Positions 43,394 to 54,096 of a stretch of 64,000 nucleotides of DNA are shown here, piece after piece. Below the pieces are notes generated by a model. It did not search any database, had not been told where the DNA came from, and saw only the letters and a list, made by a program, of their open reading frames with translations. How positions within the stretch are numbered: position 1 is the first letter of the stretch; every line of letters starts with the position of its first letter. The stretch is from Candidatus Poribacteria bacterium. GTDB taxonomy: Bacteria; Poribacteria; WGA-4E; WGA-3G. A program made the translations under genes and the position numbers. The DNA lies in contig OZ243938.1 in the NCBI GenBank assembly GCA_965214095.1, positions 4,096,001 through 4,160,000 of the forward strand, written 5' to 3'.

Positions 43394-45235
43394 CTATTGC
43401 ATCTGTCCGCCACCAAAAAACATTCCAAACATCTGTACAAGTTGCCTAAAATCACCGAGAGACAGGAGCAATTTAGCGTCAATACCATTGTTCTCTGTTT
43501 TTGCGGAAACACCGATGCTGTAATTATCAGGGAGATTCATAAATATCACCATAAACATTTGCAATGCACCTGCACTTTCTGGATCTATCTTACCTAATAT
43601 CGGCATAAAGTGTTTTATTGCGATTATTGGAGATATAGCCAAAAAAATGTTGTTGTCTGTTCCCAAACTTTCTACAAGTCTTTCATAACTTGGATTACCA
43701 GAAAATTTATCACCTTCATCAGTTCTATTATCCAAAGCTGCCTTGATGGATTCGTCACCAGTACCTGTTGTAAAATAGAGATGTCCATCTGTAAACGCAT
43801 AATTCCAGTGCCATTCAGCTGGAACTAAATCAGCATCCATGGGAAGATCGTCTTGATTAGGCATTTCAAGCTTAGGAAAGATGAAGTTTTTTATCTCTAC
43901 ACCGTTATGCATTATTGCCTCACCTGCATAAGCATCGTAATGCGAATGGAGTTTTTCTAAGAACTCGTCATTCATAAATGAATGTGCACTCTCTTCATCT
44001 TTCAATTCATAGACAAAAAGATAATTTGGAATAAGATAGTCTTTAAAGTCAACAGACATATTCCACCGATCCGCTAATGATTCATAATGGTTTTTGACTT
44101 CTTGAAAAAGTGGATTCAACTCCTTCTGTTGACCTGGTGTGTCTTTGGGTAAAACATCAAACCAAAAAGTACTGAATGCAACCAATATATTCGGCACACC
44201 TTGAAATGCACTATTCAATATACTCACGTTTGGCAATACACCGATGTTAGTCAATTCATTTGATGTTTCATTTATATTCTTTAGCAAAGCACTATCATTT
44301 TTGAATTTCATGAACGGCTTGAATTGAATGTCAGTATCTTTTACTTGTAGTGAAACACTTATATAATTTAACTGATCAAGAAAACCTGCTACACTGCTAA
44401 TCCATCTCTCAATTGGAGGAACAAGTTCAGCAGTCATTGGATTGTTTTGTAACTCAAGACTCTCAGTGAGCCCGCTCAATAACACATCAATTGAACCACC
44501 AAATTGCGAAGCAATAGTTTCAAGTTTCAAATAAATGTTAACTTGATCGGTTCCGTTCAAAATCTCTGCGGGAAACATATTGCTATCAGCATTCTGTATG
44601 ATTGATGCTGCTTTGTCGTTATGTGTATCAATTATGCTATTACATATATCTGCATGTTGTGAAAAGATGAGAGTGTCTCCCAATATAAGAAAATTCCCAC
44701 TGCCATCTGGCGTGCTCCAATAGGTTACACCTTCATATATTATCGGTTCGCTATCAGCAGCTTCAGTTTCTATGACCTGCATTATCGCATCAGGATCAGT
44801 TAAATGTATCGCGGCACTGACATGTAAGGGCTGCATACCACCGACTTGCATCGGTTCTAAGTAGAAAACGGCAAAATCTCTGTTAATATCCAATCCAATT
44901 TCTTCTAATTCGTCCAACCTTTCAAAACCTGCTCCAAATGATCCCGCTAATATTTGTGCCAGAAAATTAGATTGACCTAATTGTGGCATTAAATCATCAA
45001 TCATCATCCTAATTCTATTGTCCAACTCATTCAGACTTGGACAATAAATGAGTCCTAAAGTGTTCTCTGGGACTAAGTTTAGAACACTTCCATCTGGGAC
45101 AGCAATTTTTTTCGTATCCACATCTGAGTTTAGTTGTTCAGATTGTGCGATCGTTGGGATAGTCAAACCGAAAGAAAGAGAGAACATTAGGACTATCAAA
45201 GTGATGAAGGATTGTCGTGTAACTTTATTAAACAT
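43394..45235 (-). CDS. Secreted hypothetical protein
   Basis: AGGAG RBS, signal peptide, 613 aa; downstream of the ECF sigma. Confidence 0.75.
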   Translation of the reverse strand: MFNKVTRQSFITLIVLMFSLSFGLTIPTIAQSEQLNSDVDTKKIAVPDGSVLNLVPENTLGLIYCPSLNELDNRIRMMIDDLMPQLGQSNFLAQILAGSFGAGFERLDELEEIGLDINRDFAVFYLEPMQVGGMQPLHVSAAIHLTDPDAIMQVIETEAADSEPIIYEGVTYWSTPDGSGNFLILGDTLIFSQHADICNSIIDTHNDKAASIIQNADSNMFPAEILNGTDQVNIYLKLETIASQFGGSIDVLLSGLTESLELQNNPMTAELVPPIERWISSVAGFLDQLNYISVSLQVKDTDIQFKPFMKFKNDSALLKNINETSNELTNIGVLPNVSILNSAFQGVPNILVAFSTFWFDVLPKDTPGQQKELNPLFQEVKNHYESLADRWNMSVDFKDYLIPNYLFVYELKDEESAHSFMNDEFLEKLHSHYDAYAGEAIMHNGVEIKNFIFPKLEMPNQDDLPMDADLVPAEWHWNYAFTDGHLYFTTGTGDESIKAALDNRTDEGDKFSGNPSYERLVESLGTDNNIFLAISPIIAIKHFMPILGKIDPESAGALQMFMVIFMNLPDNYSIGVSAKTENNGIDAKLLLSLGDFRQLVQMFGMFFGGGQMQ

Positions 45236-45289
45236 AGTTATTGCTCCTTGATTAAGTTTATGAGATTATATCATATTTCTTGTGTGCAA

Positions 45290-48214
45290 TCATCTGTTTT
45301 CCATATCAATAGGAATATGAAATATACCACGGTTCTTTGTTGCAATGTAAAAACGATCCTCATGTATTACAAGTTTACTAACTTGATCTGGAACCTCTGA
45401 GGATACCTTTACCCATACATCCTGTTCATCCAAATAGTATATTCCAGAATTATTGACACCATATATTGTAGTTCCCTTGACTGCTAAACTCACAATTTCT
45501 ATTGTTGAATCTGTATCATCTGTTAACACATTCCACGTGTCACCGGTTTGTGTATATAACACACCTTTGTCAGTTACAACATAAACTGCTGTGTCTACAA
45601 AGACAATGTCTCTGATGTGCTTATACGTCAGAGGCAGGTGAGTAGTAATCTCTATCCAATTTTCTCCGTCATCATTAGACTGAAATAAGTGACCGTCATC
45701 TTTACTAACATAAACTGTTTTACCATTTACAGCAAGACTGCCTCTGAAAAAACTAAAATCTTCACCTGTATTAAATCCAGTATCAATCCATTCAGAATGA
45801 CCGACGTAACTTTTAAATAGTCTACCATCACGTTCCACGTAGAATATATTACCAGAAACAGCAAGTCCTCCAATTGTAACAACATTGAGCATTGCCTGTA
45901 AATTCCGATATTGATCTGTCAATGCTTCAGTTTCTGTGGGGCCATTAGCAATGATTGATGCATCACTTTCTCCACTAGTTCTGATAAAGTTTTCGTTTGG
46001 TATGTACCCACTAATTGGTGGTAATCCTTCAACAGGAACTAATATTTCGTTGTTTGCAGAGAGACTGGCAATTCTCCACCTATTATCTACATCACGGGAA
46101 AAGGCGTAAAAGGTGTCGTTTGCAACCAATATATAAGGAAATAGGAAAAGACGAGTATTACCTGAATCATCAATCATATTTGTCCAAGTTTGTCCACCAT
46201 CAGAGGAACAAATCACCTCAAAACCGGAATGTGCGTATAGACGATCTTTGTATGACACTAAACGGTTTAGCTGGTTGCCTACAATCCCTTTCATAAATGG
46301 TTGCCACGATTCACCACCATCTGTTGTACGTTGTAGTTTGTAGAAACTTCCCTTAATGAAAGTGTCTTCATTTATTGCAAGAAAAGTAGAATGTATTCCA
46401 CCTGCTGAATCAATACTATATCCGAGATCTGTCCAGGTTTCACCTCTATCATGGGAACGGTAACTATTACCCAAACCAAATGCAATTAGTGTCTCTCCTG
46501 CTGCCAAGACACTTCCTCCCAATTTATTGCTCCCCGGAAGTAAGTCAACAATGCCTCTTTTTTTAGGTGATATTTTTTGCCATGAATCTCCCAAGTTATC
46601 TGAACGAAATATCTCCCACTTATTTGAAGTTTCCTTACGCATTATCTCTCGTATTAACTTGGTTTTCAACTCATCTTGTGTGAACTCGGTGTCGTTAGGT
46701 GTTGTCACTACATATATCGTCCTCTCAGTAACTGCCATTGAACCTATTGTTCTGAAAGTGCCCACAGTTAACTGTTCCCATCTATCAGACTTAAGTCGGA
46801 AGACTCCACGATCCGTACCGACAAAGATAGTATTCCCAATAGCTGCTGCAGTAGTAATTTCTCTATTCTGTATACCATCGATAAACAGTCCCCAATTTTT
46901 GCCGACATCCATGGAAATGAAGATCTTATCATCTATCACAAGGTAGAACTTTTCTTCAATTACGAACAATTCAATTGCTGTTCCACTTGGCCGTGAACCG
47001 ATAGAATTCCAAGTTATGCCACTATCTTTGGAAGCATAAATAGCATCCTCTGATACGATATATAGCACACCTTCCCATTCAGTCATAGGCATTTTATAGT
47101 ATGTATCAGATGGGACAGTATTGTTGAGTAGCACCCACTCACTGTTATCTTCTGTCATTTTATAGATACCTGTGGGTGAAACAACGATGAGATTTCCATC
47201 AGATGTCTGAAAAATCTCATTTACGTTTCCTTCTCCTGGACTTCTTGTCTGTGTCAAATTGTGGTTGAGAATAGAATCGTTGGACGGATCCCCTTGGTTT
47301 TCCGAGACTAAAACGGCTTCAGTTTCTTCTTTATTGGAACCATTGTTGTTTCCTATAACTATATTAGCATTTCGTTTCTGTATTTCAGGTTTCGGTTGGA
47401 TATCAAGGATAATAGGCGAATCAACGATCTCAATGCTGGTTTCTGACTGTGCATCTAAATCGTAAGGAATCTGAAAGAGAGTCAATAATTGATTACCCAC
47501 TCCCATCAGCAGAATTGCCAAAACAGCCACTGAACCTAACGCTGCCCAAGGTAACAAGGGTTTGGCGTTTACAGGTGCCGTTACTTCAATGCTATCAATC
47601 TGATCCATAATGTTCTGAGTAAAGTTGTTTGGCAGTTGTACACTCCCCAACGTTTCACGAATCATCAGTTCTTCCTCCTTCAGACGTTTCCGAGCTCGTC
47701 GTAGGCGACTTTTAATCGTATTTACGGATACACCTAAAAACCTACCAATTGCTTCTGATGTCATCTCACCGAGATAGTGTAGTGTAACAACTGTCCGTTC
47801 ACTCTCAGGCAATTTCTCAAGAAGTTTTCTTACAAGTTCGCGACGATGTTCAGCAGATGCTTTCTCTCGTTGTTCAACCAAATATCGTTCATAGTCAGTT
47901 TTTTCCAATAACGTTGTATCGGTGGCATCTAACGATTGCATAGCAGGTTTCTTCCTTCTGTGCCAGTCGAGGCAAAGGTTGTTGGTGATTACATATAACC
48001 ATCCGGCAAACTGATTCGGATTCTTTAGTGTCGCAAGTTTCTTGTATGCTTGTAGAAAGGCATCTTGGGCAATTTCTTCGGCTACCTGAAAATCTTCCAT
48101 CTTCCGCCACGCGAGTGCATGAACACTCTTTTGATATTTATTAACTAAGTCACTGAACGCTGAATCATCACCTAACAAGATACTTCGAATCAGTTCAACA
48201 TCGTTTCTTTCCAT
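45290..48214 (-). CDS. ECF sigma factor fused to TM helix and BNR/Asp-box beta-propeller
   Basis: Sigma2 (AEEIAQDAFLQAY, FAGWLY), sigma4 (LPESER, VNTIKSRLRRARKRL), TM, about 7 S-x-D-x-G-x-x-W repeats; GGAGG RBS before MERND. Confidence 0.9.
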   Translation of the reverse strand: MERNDVELIRSILLGDDSAFSDLVNKYQKSVHALAWRKMEDFQVAEEIAQDAFLQAYKKLATLKNPNQFAGWLYVITNNLCLDWHRRKKPAMQSLDATDTTLLEKTDYERYLVEQREKASAEHRRELVRKLLEKLPESERTVVTLHYLGEMTSEAIGRFLGVSVNTIKSRLRRARKRLKEEELMIRETLGSVQLPNNFTQNIMDQIDSIEVTAPVNAKPLLPWAALGSVAVLAILLMGVGNQLLTLFQIPYDLDAQSETSIEIVDSPIILDIQPKPEIQKRNANIVIGNNNGSNKEETEAVLVSENQGDPSNDSILNHNLTQTRSPGEGNVNEIFQTSDGNLIVVSPTGIYKMTEDNSEWVLLNNTVPSDTYYKMPMTEWEGVLYIVSEDAIYASKDSGITWNSIGSRPSGTAIELFVIEEKFYLVIDDKIFISMDVGKNWGLFIDGIQNREITTAAAIGNTIFVGTDRGVFRLKSDRWEQLTVGTFRTIGSMAVTERTIYVVTTPNDTEFTQDELKTKLIREIMRKETSNKWEIFRSDNLGDSWQKISPKKRGIVDLLPGSNKLGGSVLAAGETLIAFGLGNSYRSHDRGETWTDLGYSIDSAGGIHSTFLAINEDTFIKGSFYKLQRTTDGGESWQPFMKGIVGNQLNRLVSYKDRLYAHSGFEVICSSDGGQTWTNMIDDSGNTRLFLFPYILVANDTFYAFSRDVDNRWRIASLSANNEILVPVEGLPPISGYIPNENFIRTSGESDASIIANGPTETEALTDQYRNLQAMLNVVTIGGLAVSGNIFYVERDGRLFKSYVGHSEWIDTGFNTGEDFSFFRGSLAVNGKTVYVSKDDGHLFQSNDDGENWIEITTHLPLTYKHIRDIVFVDTAVYVVTDKGVLYTQTGDTWNVLTDDTDSTIEIVSLAVKGTTIYGVNNSGIYYLDEQDVWVKVSSEVPDQVSKLVIHEDRFYIATKNRGIFHIPIDMENR

Positions 48215-48430
48215 CGGAATCCTCCACCATAAAAAGTCTACGATTATTAGTGACGTAATTTTGTTGGCAAAAAGGTGCAAAAAATCAAAAAAAATGAATT
48301 AATCTTGAAAATGTCTGATTATAAATCGAATAATAGGTTGCAACCAAAATACAATAGACCTACTATATGGGTTGTATTCTTGATTAAATTACACTTGACA
48401 CAACCTGAACATACATATATATTAAACCAC

Positions 48431-49087
48431 ATGATGAAACTCATATCCATAAATGTTTCAAAACCGAAACCTATAGAATACAACGGGAAAACCATACATA
48501 CAGGTATCTTCAAGGAACCAGTTTCCGGATCCGTAATGCTTAGAAAAAACAACATAGATGGGGACGGTCAGGGAGATCTAAAGGTGCATGGCGGTACCTA
48601 TAAAGCCATCTACGGATATCCTTATGAACATTATCCACATTGGCAGCAAGAATTGAATAGAGATGATCTATCGTATGGACAATTCGGGGAAAACCTTACT
48701 GTTTCAGGTATGTTGGAAGAAGAAATCCATATCGGTGATGTCTTTCAAATTGGTTCAGATGTCAAGCTACAGATTACGCAACCACGCGTGCCTTGTTTCA
48801 AACTGGGGTACAAGATGGGATTACCAGAATTCCCGAAACAGTTTCTTGAAAGTAGACGTGTTGGATTTTATTTCAGAGTATTGGAAGAAGGGGTTATTAC
48901 TGCAGATGATCTAATTTCTTGCATTGATGTTGCTTCAGAACAGATGAGCGTAACAGAGATACTCAACCTACGTTTCTTTGATACAAGCAATCATGAACAG
49001 ATAGATAAAGCCAGAAAACTTCCCGCTCTATCACCGAGTTGGAAAAAGGATTTTATTCGAATCCTGCAAACGAAAGATTTAATTTAG
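48431..49087 (+). CDS. MOSC domain protein (YiiM-like, 3-alpha C-terminus)
   Basis: TGIFKEP, HGG, GQFGENL, QPRVPCFKL, GFYFRVL, LSPSW. Confidence 0.9.
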   Translation: MMKLISINVSKPKPIEYNGKTIHTGIFKEPVSGSVMLRKNNIDGDGQGDLKVHGGTYKAIYGYPYEHYPHWQQELNRDDLSYGQFGENLTVSGMLEEEIHIGDVFQIGSDVKLQITQPRVPCFKLGYKMGLPEFPKQFLESRRVGFYFRVLEEGVITADDLISCIDVASEQMSVTEILNLRFFDTSNHEQIDKARKLPALSPSWKKDFIRILQTKDLI

Positions 49088-49091
49088 AAAA

Positions 49092-49874
49092 ATGAATATA
49101 TTCATAACAGACACCAAACAAGCTACCAGTAAAGTAGCAGCATTCGTGGCAAGTACAACACTGAAAGAAGCCATTCACACCAACGGACATGCTTCCTTCA
49201 TTGTCGCTACAGGCGCATCACAATTTGATTTTTTGGGTGCATTAACTGATGATAAAGAAATTGACTGGACAAAAACAACGATGTTCCATCTGGACGAATA
49301 CATTGGTATTTCGGACACACATCCTGCCAGTTTTAGGAAATATCTTAATGAACGTTTAGTAGATGTAGTTCATCCGGGAACAGTACATTTCCTTAATGGT
49401 GAAGTTGATGATCCTCAAGTAGAATGTAATAGACTGAATCAGATAATCACTCAAAAACAGATTGATGCAGCATTTGTTGGAATCGGTGAGAATGGACACC
49501 TTGCTTTTAACGATCCTCCTGCTGATTTTGAGACTGAAGACCCATATATTGTGGTTGAATTAGATGAAGACTGCCGTATGCAGCAAGTTGGAGAACGATG
49601 GTTCAATGGGTTAGACGATGTACCGACCCATGCTATTTCAATGTCTATTCGTCAAATTATGAAGTCAAAGACTATTATATGTACAGTACCAGATGAACGT
49701 AAAGCAGAAGCGGTACAGAATTGTGTATCTGGTGGGATTACACAAATGCATCCCGCATCTATCTTGCAAACACATCCTGATTGCACAGTTTTTCTGGATA
49801 CAGGATCGGCATCTAAATTATATGGACTACAAGCACATCTTACAAACCCCGCACTTGTAAAGATTGTCAATTAA
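49092..49874 (+). CDS. Glucosamine-6-phosphate deaminase-family protein (second paralog)
   Basis: ATGASQ, FHLDEY, GIGENGHLAFNDP, PASILQTH. Confidence 0.85.
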   Translation: MNIFITDTKQATSKVAAFVASTTLKEAIHTNGHASFIVATGASQFDFLGALTDDKEIDWTKTTMFHLDEYIGISDTHPASFRKYLNERLVDVVHPGTVHFLNGEVDDPQVECNRLNQIITQKQIDAAFVGIGENGHLAFNDPPADFETEDPYIVVELDEDCRMQQVGERWFNGLDDVPTHAISMSIRQIMKSKTIICTVPDERKAEAVQNCVSGGITQMHPASILQTHPDCTVFLDTGSASKLYGLQAHLTNPALVKIVN

Positions 49875-50028
49875 CAGGATATTATGATCTGTTCTTACGT
49901 TACAGTAAGTTCTCTTTAGGGTAACATTAGATGAAATTTGACCTGAGAGGTAGAGGATTGACCGATGGATGAGTTTCAATCCATCATCTGTTACGATTAT
50001 CCCAGAAAATGTACATTAGGAGAATTGG

Positions 50029-50910
50029 ATGCCTACACCAAATATTCATACCGAACTCACAGCACAACAAAAACAACAATTCCACGAAGATGGATTCCTG
50101 CTCGTTAAGAATCTGTTACCGATGACAGCACTTCAACCCCTGATGGATGAACTTTCTGACAAGGTAGAGGAAGGCACACAGGCAGCAGTCAAAGCAGACG
50201 TGCTTGATGCATCTAAAACGTATGATGACGAACCGTTTGAAACGAGATTAGGCTTGGTTTCTCACGCCTGTGCCGATCCAAACTGGATTTGGCGGAATAG
50301 TTTCAGCCATCAGAAAATTCGGACTGCTGGCATGTACACGCTCAGAACTGCTCCTGAATTGCTTGATGTTGTTGGTTCCCTCATTGGACAAGAAATATTA
50401 GCGCATCCACAGTTCAATTTCCGTGCTAAACTACCCAAACAAGATATTACTGTAATTCCATGGCATCAAGACCTTGCGTATCTAATACCTGAAGAGGCGG
50501 GGCAGACTTTGGTAGTAAATGTATGGTTGCCTTTGGCGAGGGCATACAAGGAGAACGGATGCATGCAAGTTATACGCGGTTCACACCGTTACAATCTCAT
50601 CCCACACAACTACAATGACCCAACACCCGGTCATACGGGTGGAAAAGGTATCAGTGATCAAGAATTACCTCCTGGAGACATTGTCACTACCGAACTTGAT
50701 GTGGGAGATATCTTACTTACGAGTGAACGGGTTGTACACCGTGGATTACCGAACACAGGCAATACGGTCAGATGGAGTGTTGATACGCGGTATAGTCAGA
50801 TTGGTCTACCAACTGGACGTGCACATGTGCCAGGGTTCATTGCACGAAGTCAGAAAAATCCAGAGAGTGTTGCCAAATCCCATCATGATTGGAATCGCCA
50901 ATTTGTGTAG
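50029..50910 (+). CDS. Phytanoyl-CoA dioxygenase family (Fe(II)/2-OG)
   Basis: FHEDGF, PWHQD, ENGCMQVIRGSH, H...R motif. Confidence 0.9.
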   Translation: MPTPNIHTELTAQQKQQFHEDGFLLVKNLLPMTALQPLMDELSDKVEEGTQAAVKADVLDASKTYDDEPFETRLGLVSHACADPNWIWRNSFSHQKIRTAGMYTLRTAPELLDVVGSLIGQEILAHPQFNFRAKLPKQDITVIPWHQDLAYLIPEEAGQTLVVNVWLPLARAYKENGCMQVIRGSHRYNLIPHNYNDPTPGHTGGKGISDQELPPGDIVTTELDVGDILLTSERVVHRGLPNTGNTVRWSVDTRYSQIGLPTGRAHVPGFIARSQKNPESVAKSHHDWNRQFV

Positions 50911-50965
50911 GTATCAATGAAACTTGTCAGATGTCTTCCTGCTTCCTACGTACGTTATTGTTCAA

Positions 50966-51186
50966 CAGGGTTGTTTAGTTTTCGGTCTTTCTTGTGTTCT
51001 TTTTACAAATGCTAAATACCTCAAGCCGGTAGGTGCGGTTTCCTAACCGCACCGAATTTGTGTGAAAACCTTTCATAGTCAGTTCCTTGTAAGTTCCAGT
51101 GCGGTTGGGAAACCGCACCTACCGTCCTGGGTACTAACTTTCAGTAACTTTCTATTTTGGAAAGTACTTAAAACTAAATAGTCCTG
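50966..51186. mobile_element. MITE (221 bp) with 17-bp TIRs and 9-bp TSD, carrying a REP doublet
   Basis: TIRs CAGGGTTGTTTAGTTTT / AAAACTAAATAGTCCTG; ATTGTTCAA duplicated at 50957-50965 and 51187-51195; REP pair 51027-51124. Confidence 0.8.
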
Positions 51187-51277
51187 ATTGTTCAAGAATA
51201 ACTCTTTACATATTTCGCACTTTCTGATATGTTGATTATATCAATAACTAAATAAATTCTTATAGGAGGAATAATCA

Positions 51278-52027
51278 ATGTATCGAATGATATTTACGTT
51301 AATCATCATTACCACAATGCTGGTGCTACCACACCATACAGATGCGTTTAAACTAAAGGATGAGGAACTGATGCTCTATTTTTCTTTTGATGATGACAAA
51401 GGAAATACAGTGAAAGACCTTTCTACCCACAAAAACGATGGTGAAATTGTCGGAACAGTTGATTTTGTTGAAGGCAAGGTTGGGCAGGCAATAAAGTTCA
51501 CCTCAGCTGGTGAGGTAAAGGCACCACATATCTCTATAAACGACAAAAGTTTCACAGTGACTTTGTGGGCAAACCCAATGTTGGTAGGTGGAGATCAGCA
51601 ATGTGTTTTCACACAGACCCAAGTAAACGGAGCGAATACAAGTCTGCACTATCGGATTTACAACAATGGCACTGTCCGTATGGGATTTTATGGTAATGAT
51701 CTTGTTGCAGCTGCAGCAGTGAAAGCGAATGAATGGGCGCATATCTGTTTCTGGTGTGATGCTGATTCAAATACCAGAAGAATCTATATCAACGGTGAAC
51801 AGAAAGCTCAAGATCAAGGTAAATCACTCTACAAAGGAACTTCAGGGGATACAATGGTCGGTTCGTGGGGAGCAACTGGTCAAAAGTTCAACGGTCTCAT
51901 TGATGAAGTGATGGTGTGGGATCGTGCCTTGGATGAAAACGAAATTGAATTCAGTATGGATCCGAGTTCAGCAGATGTTGAGGCAAGTGGTAAATTGACA
52001 ACGACTTGGGCACGTATTAAGAAGTAG
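51278..52027 (+). CDS. Secreted LamG domain protein
   Basis: AGGAGG RBS, signal peptide, LYFSFD, WAHI, FNGLIDEV, C-terminal VEASGKLTTTWARIK. Confidence 0.88.
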   Translation: MYRMIFTLIIITTMLVLPHHTDAFKLKDEELMLYFSFDDDKGNTVKDLSTHKNDGEIVGTVDFVEGKVGQAIKFTSAGEVKAPHISINDKSFTVTLWANPMLVGGDQQCVFTQTQVNGANTSLHYRIYNNGTVRMGFYGNDLVAAAAVKANEWAHICFWCDADSNTRRIYINGEQKAQDQGKSLYKGTSGDTMVGSWGATGQKFNGLIDEVMVWDRALDENEIEFSMDPSSADVEASGKLTTTWARIKK

Positions 52028-52056
52028 TATTAGTTTTCACACCTTTCTAATAATAT

Positions 52057-52090
52057 TGTAATGCGGGGACTCTGTGCCCCGCATATTACT
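52057..52090. terminator. REP-like hairpin between convergent genes, probable terminator
   Basis: ATGCGGGG-ACTCTGTG-CCCCGCAT. Confidence 0.55.
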
Positions 52091-52106
52091 GTTCGCAATC
52101 TTATCA

Positions 52107-53153
52107 TCAACCGTCTCCAAACTTCTTCCGAAACAGTGCTATCGTGTCGTGATCAGGATGATTTGGCAGTTCAGCAGGAGCTTCCCAACCTTCATCAACT
52201 TCAGTCAGTTTCACAGGTTTCCCATCGTTTTCCAAGATAGATTTCCAACCTGCAAGGAAAACGTTAGTCTTATGCATAATCTGTCCATAGGTCTGTGGCA
52301 TTTCGTTATGCAGTGCCATATTTTGGAATGACCAGATTGTCGGAATCCATATTTCTGTCTTGTCAAACGGGAAGCCAGTACCAGTGTGGATTCTGAAATT
52401 CTCTCCACCATAAGCAGCAGATGTGTGTATCTGCACAGTACCCCATGAACCGCTTACCTGATGAAGTGTTCCATAAAACTTATGTCCCTCACCGTTCACA
52501 TGTTCTATTGTAATGACACCGGGTGGACTATGCCAACTGTCCGCCTGATATGAAACAGACACTACGGGATTTCCTGCCTCAACAATTGCCTTACACACCA
52601 TATAGACTCCGTGTATGCCGTGTGTTGGGTAGTCATCAAATGAATTGGTGGCAGTATAACATACAATCTGTTTATCACTTGCCCATGCCTTTGCCCGTGA
52701 AATTGCATCGTTATGTTCGTGGCTTGATGGAACAAGTATAGGCGCACCATATTTTTCACCTAAAACGACCAATTTTCGTGCTTTTCCCAGAGAATTGGAA
52801 AAAGGACGATTGATTAGGTTCGGCAAACCTGCTTCAAGATAAGGTTCATGCAGAATGTGATTCCACGGATGGTTATAGTATCCACCTGAAATTACACCAT
52901 CTACTTTACCTAACATGTCATCAAAATTTTTGACCGCCTCACAACCGTATTCTTTTGCGATTGCTTGTGCTTTATCGTCCTCAATGTCCCAACAGTGTGT
53001 GATACGCATTCCTGTGAATGGGTTATCTTTCTGACCGACTCTTGGATTTATTGCGGGTGCCCACAACGGCATGTGTGAATACGATGATACATTTAGAAAA
53101 CCAACGCGGAAAGGTTCATATTCCTGTTGATGTGTTTCATTAGGTGCTTGCAT
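52107..53153 (-). CDS. Gfo/Idh/MocA-like oxidoreductase-fold protein
   Basis: RVGFLN...SH, ITHCWD, MLGKVDGV, PYLEAGLP-LINRPF, THGIH. Confidence 0.6.
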   Translation of the reverse strand: MQAPNETHQQEYEPFRVGFLNVSSYSHMPLWAPAINPRVGQKDNPFTGMRITHCWDIEDDKAQAIAKEYGCEAVKNFDDMLGKVDGVISGGYYNHPWNHILHEPYLEAGLPNLINRPFSNSLGKARKLVVLGEKYGAPILVPSSHEHNDAISRAKAWASDKQIVCYTATNSFDDYPTHGIHGVYMVCKAIVEAGNPVVSVSYQADSWHSPPGVITIEHVNGEGHKFYGTLHQVSGSWGTVQIHTSAAYGGENFRIHTGTGFPFDKTEIWIPTIWSFQNMALHNEMPQTYGQIMHKTNVFLAGWKSILENDGKPVKLTEVDEGWEAPAELPNHPDHDTIALFRKKFGDG

Positions 53154-53295
53154 ATTTATCTCCTTTGAGCGAATGTCAACTTCAGTTTTTCCTCATGTCA
53201 GTATAAAGAAATTGCAAAATGTCCTGAAAGATTGCGTATACTTTATAGCACTGGATTGCAAATGTCAATAATAATCACCTTTTAAATACACATTA

Positions 53296-54075
53296 CTACC
53301 ATGTATCTCGCACACTCACGCCTTCATCTGAGAGATAGTCTTTGATGCCCTCAATCGTGAATTCACCGTAATGTGTAATAGAAGCAACGATGGCAGCATC
53401 TGCATTGCTCTCAACAAAAACATCGCGTAGGTGTTGTGGGTTACCCGCACCTCCAGAAGCGATAACTGGCACAGGTACAAGCTCTGCAATTTTCCCTGTC
53501 AGTTCCAATTCATATCCTGCCTTTGTGCCATCGGCATCAATACTATTGACGACAATCTCACCTGCACCTAAATCTACGCCACGGGAAGACCATTCCAGTG
53601 CATCCCATCCGACAGGCTTTCGTCCACCATCAATATAGATTTCATATCCGCTTGGAATTTGTTCACTCTTTGGAACTTTTTTCACCTGCATACTCAAGAC
53701 GACACATTGACTGCCAAATGCGTGTGCACCTTCCGAGATTATATCAGGATTTCGCACTGCACCAGAATCTATACTTACCTTTTCTGCCCCAGCAAGTAAC
53801 ACGCGTCGCATATCCTCAAGTGTCCGCAACCCACCACCTACAGAAAATGGAATAAATATCTCTGAAGCGACTGCAGAAACAACATCAATCATAATGTCGC
53901 GCCGTTCATTGCTTGCGGTGATGTCATAAAAGACAAGCTCATCTGCACCACCTTCGTAATAAAAACGTGCCATTTCCACAGGGTCACCAACATCAACATT
54001 ACCTTGAAAAGCAATGCCTTTGGTAACCTTTCCATCACGTACATCTAAACATGGTATTATCCGTTTTGTTAGCAT
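53296..54075 (-). CDS. hisF: Imidazole glycerol phosphate synthase cyclase subunit
   Basis: [37 protein letters not shown]. Confidence 0.95.
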   Translation of the reverse strand: MLTKRIIPCLDVRDGKVTKGIAFQGNVDVGDPVEMARFYYEGGADELVFYDITASNERRDIMIDVVSAVASEIFIPFSVGGGLRTLEDMRRVLLAGAEKVSIDSGAVRNPDIISEGAHAFGSQCVVLSMQVKKVPKSEQIPSGYEIYIDGGRKPVGWDALEWSSRGVDLGAGEIVVNSIDADGTKAGYELELTGKIAELVPVPVIASGGAGNPQHLRDVFVESNADAAIVASITHYGEFTIEGIKDYLSDEGVSVRDTW

Positions 54076-54096
54076 ATTCTCCTCTAATCCAATGAA

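Noticed and set aside
48264-48279. Possible sigma54 site TGGCAAAAAGGTGC
   Set aside because: GG-to-GC spacing is 9, not the required 10
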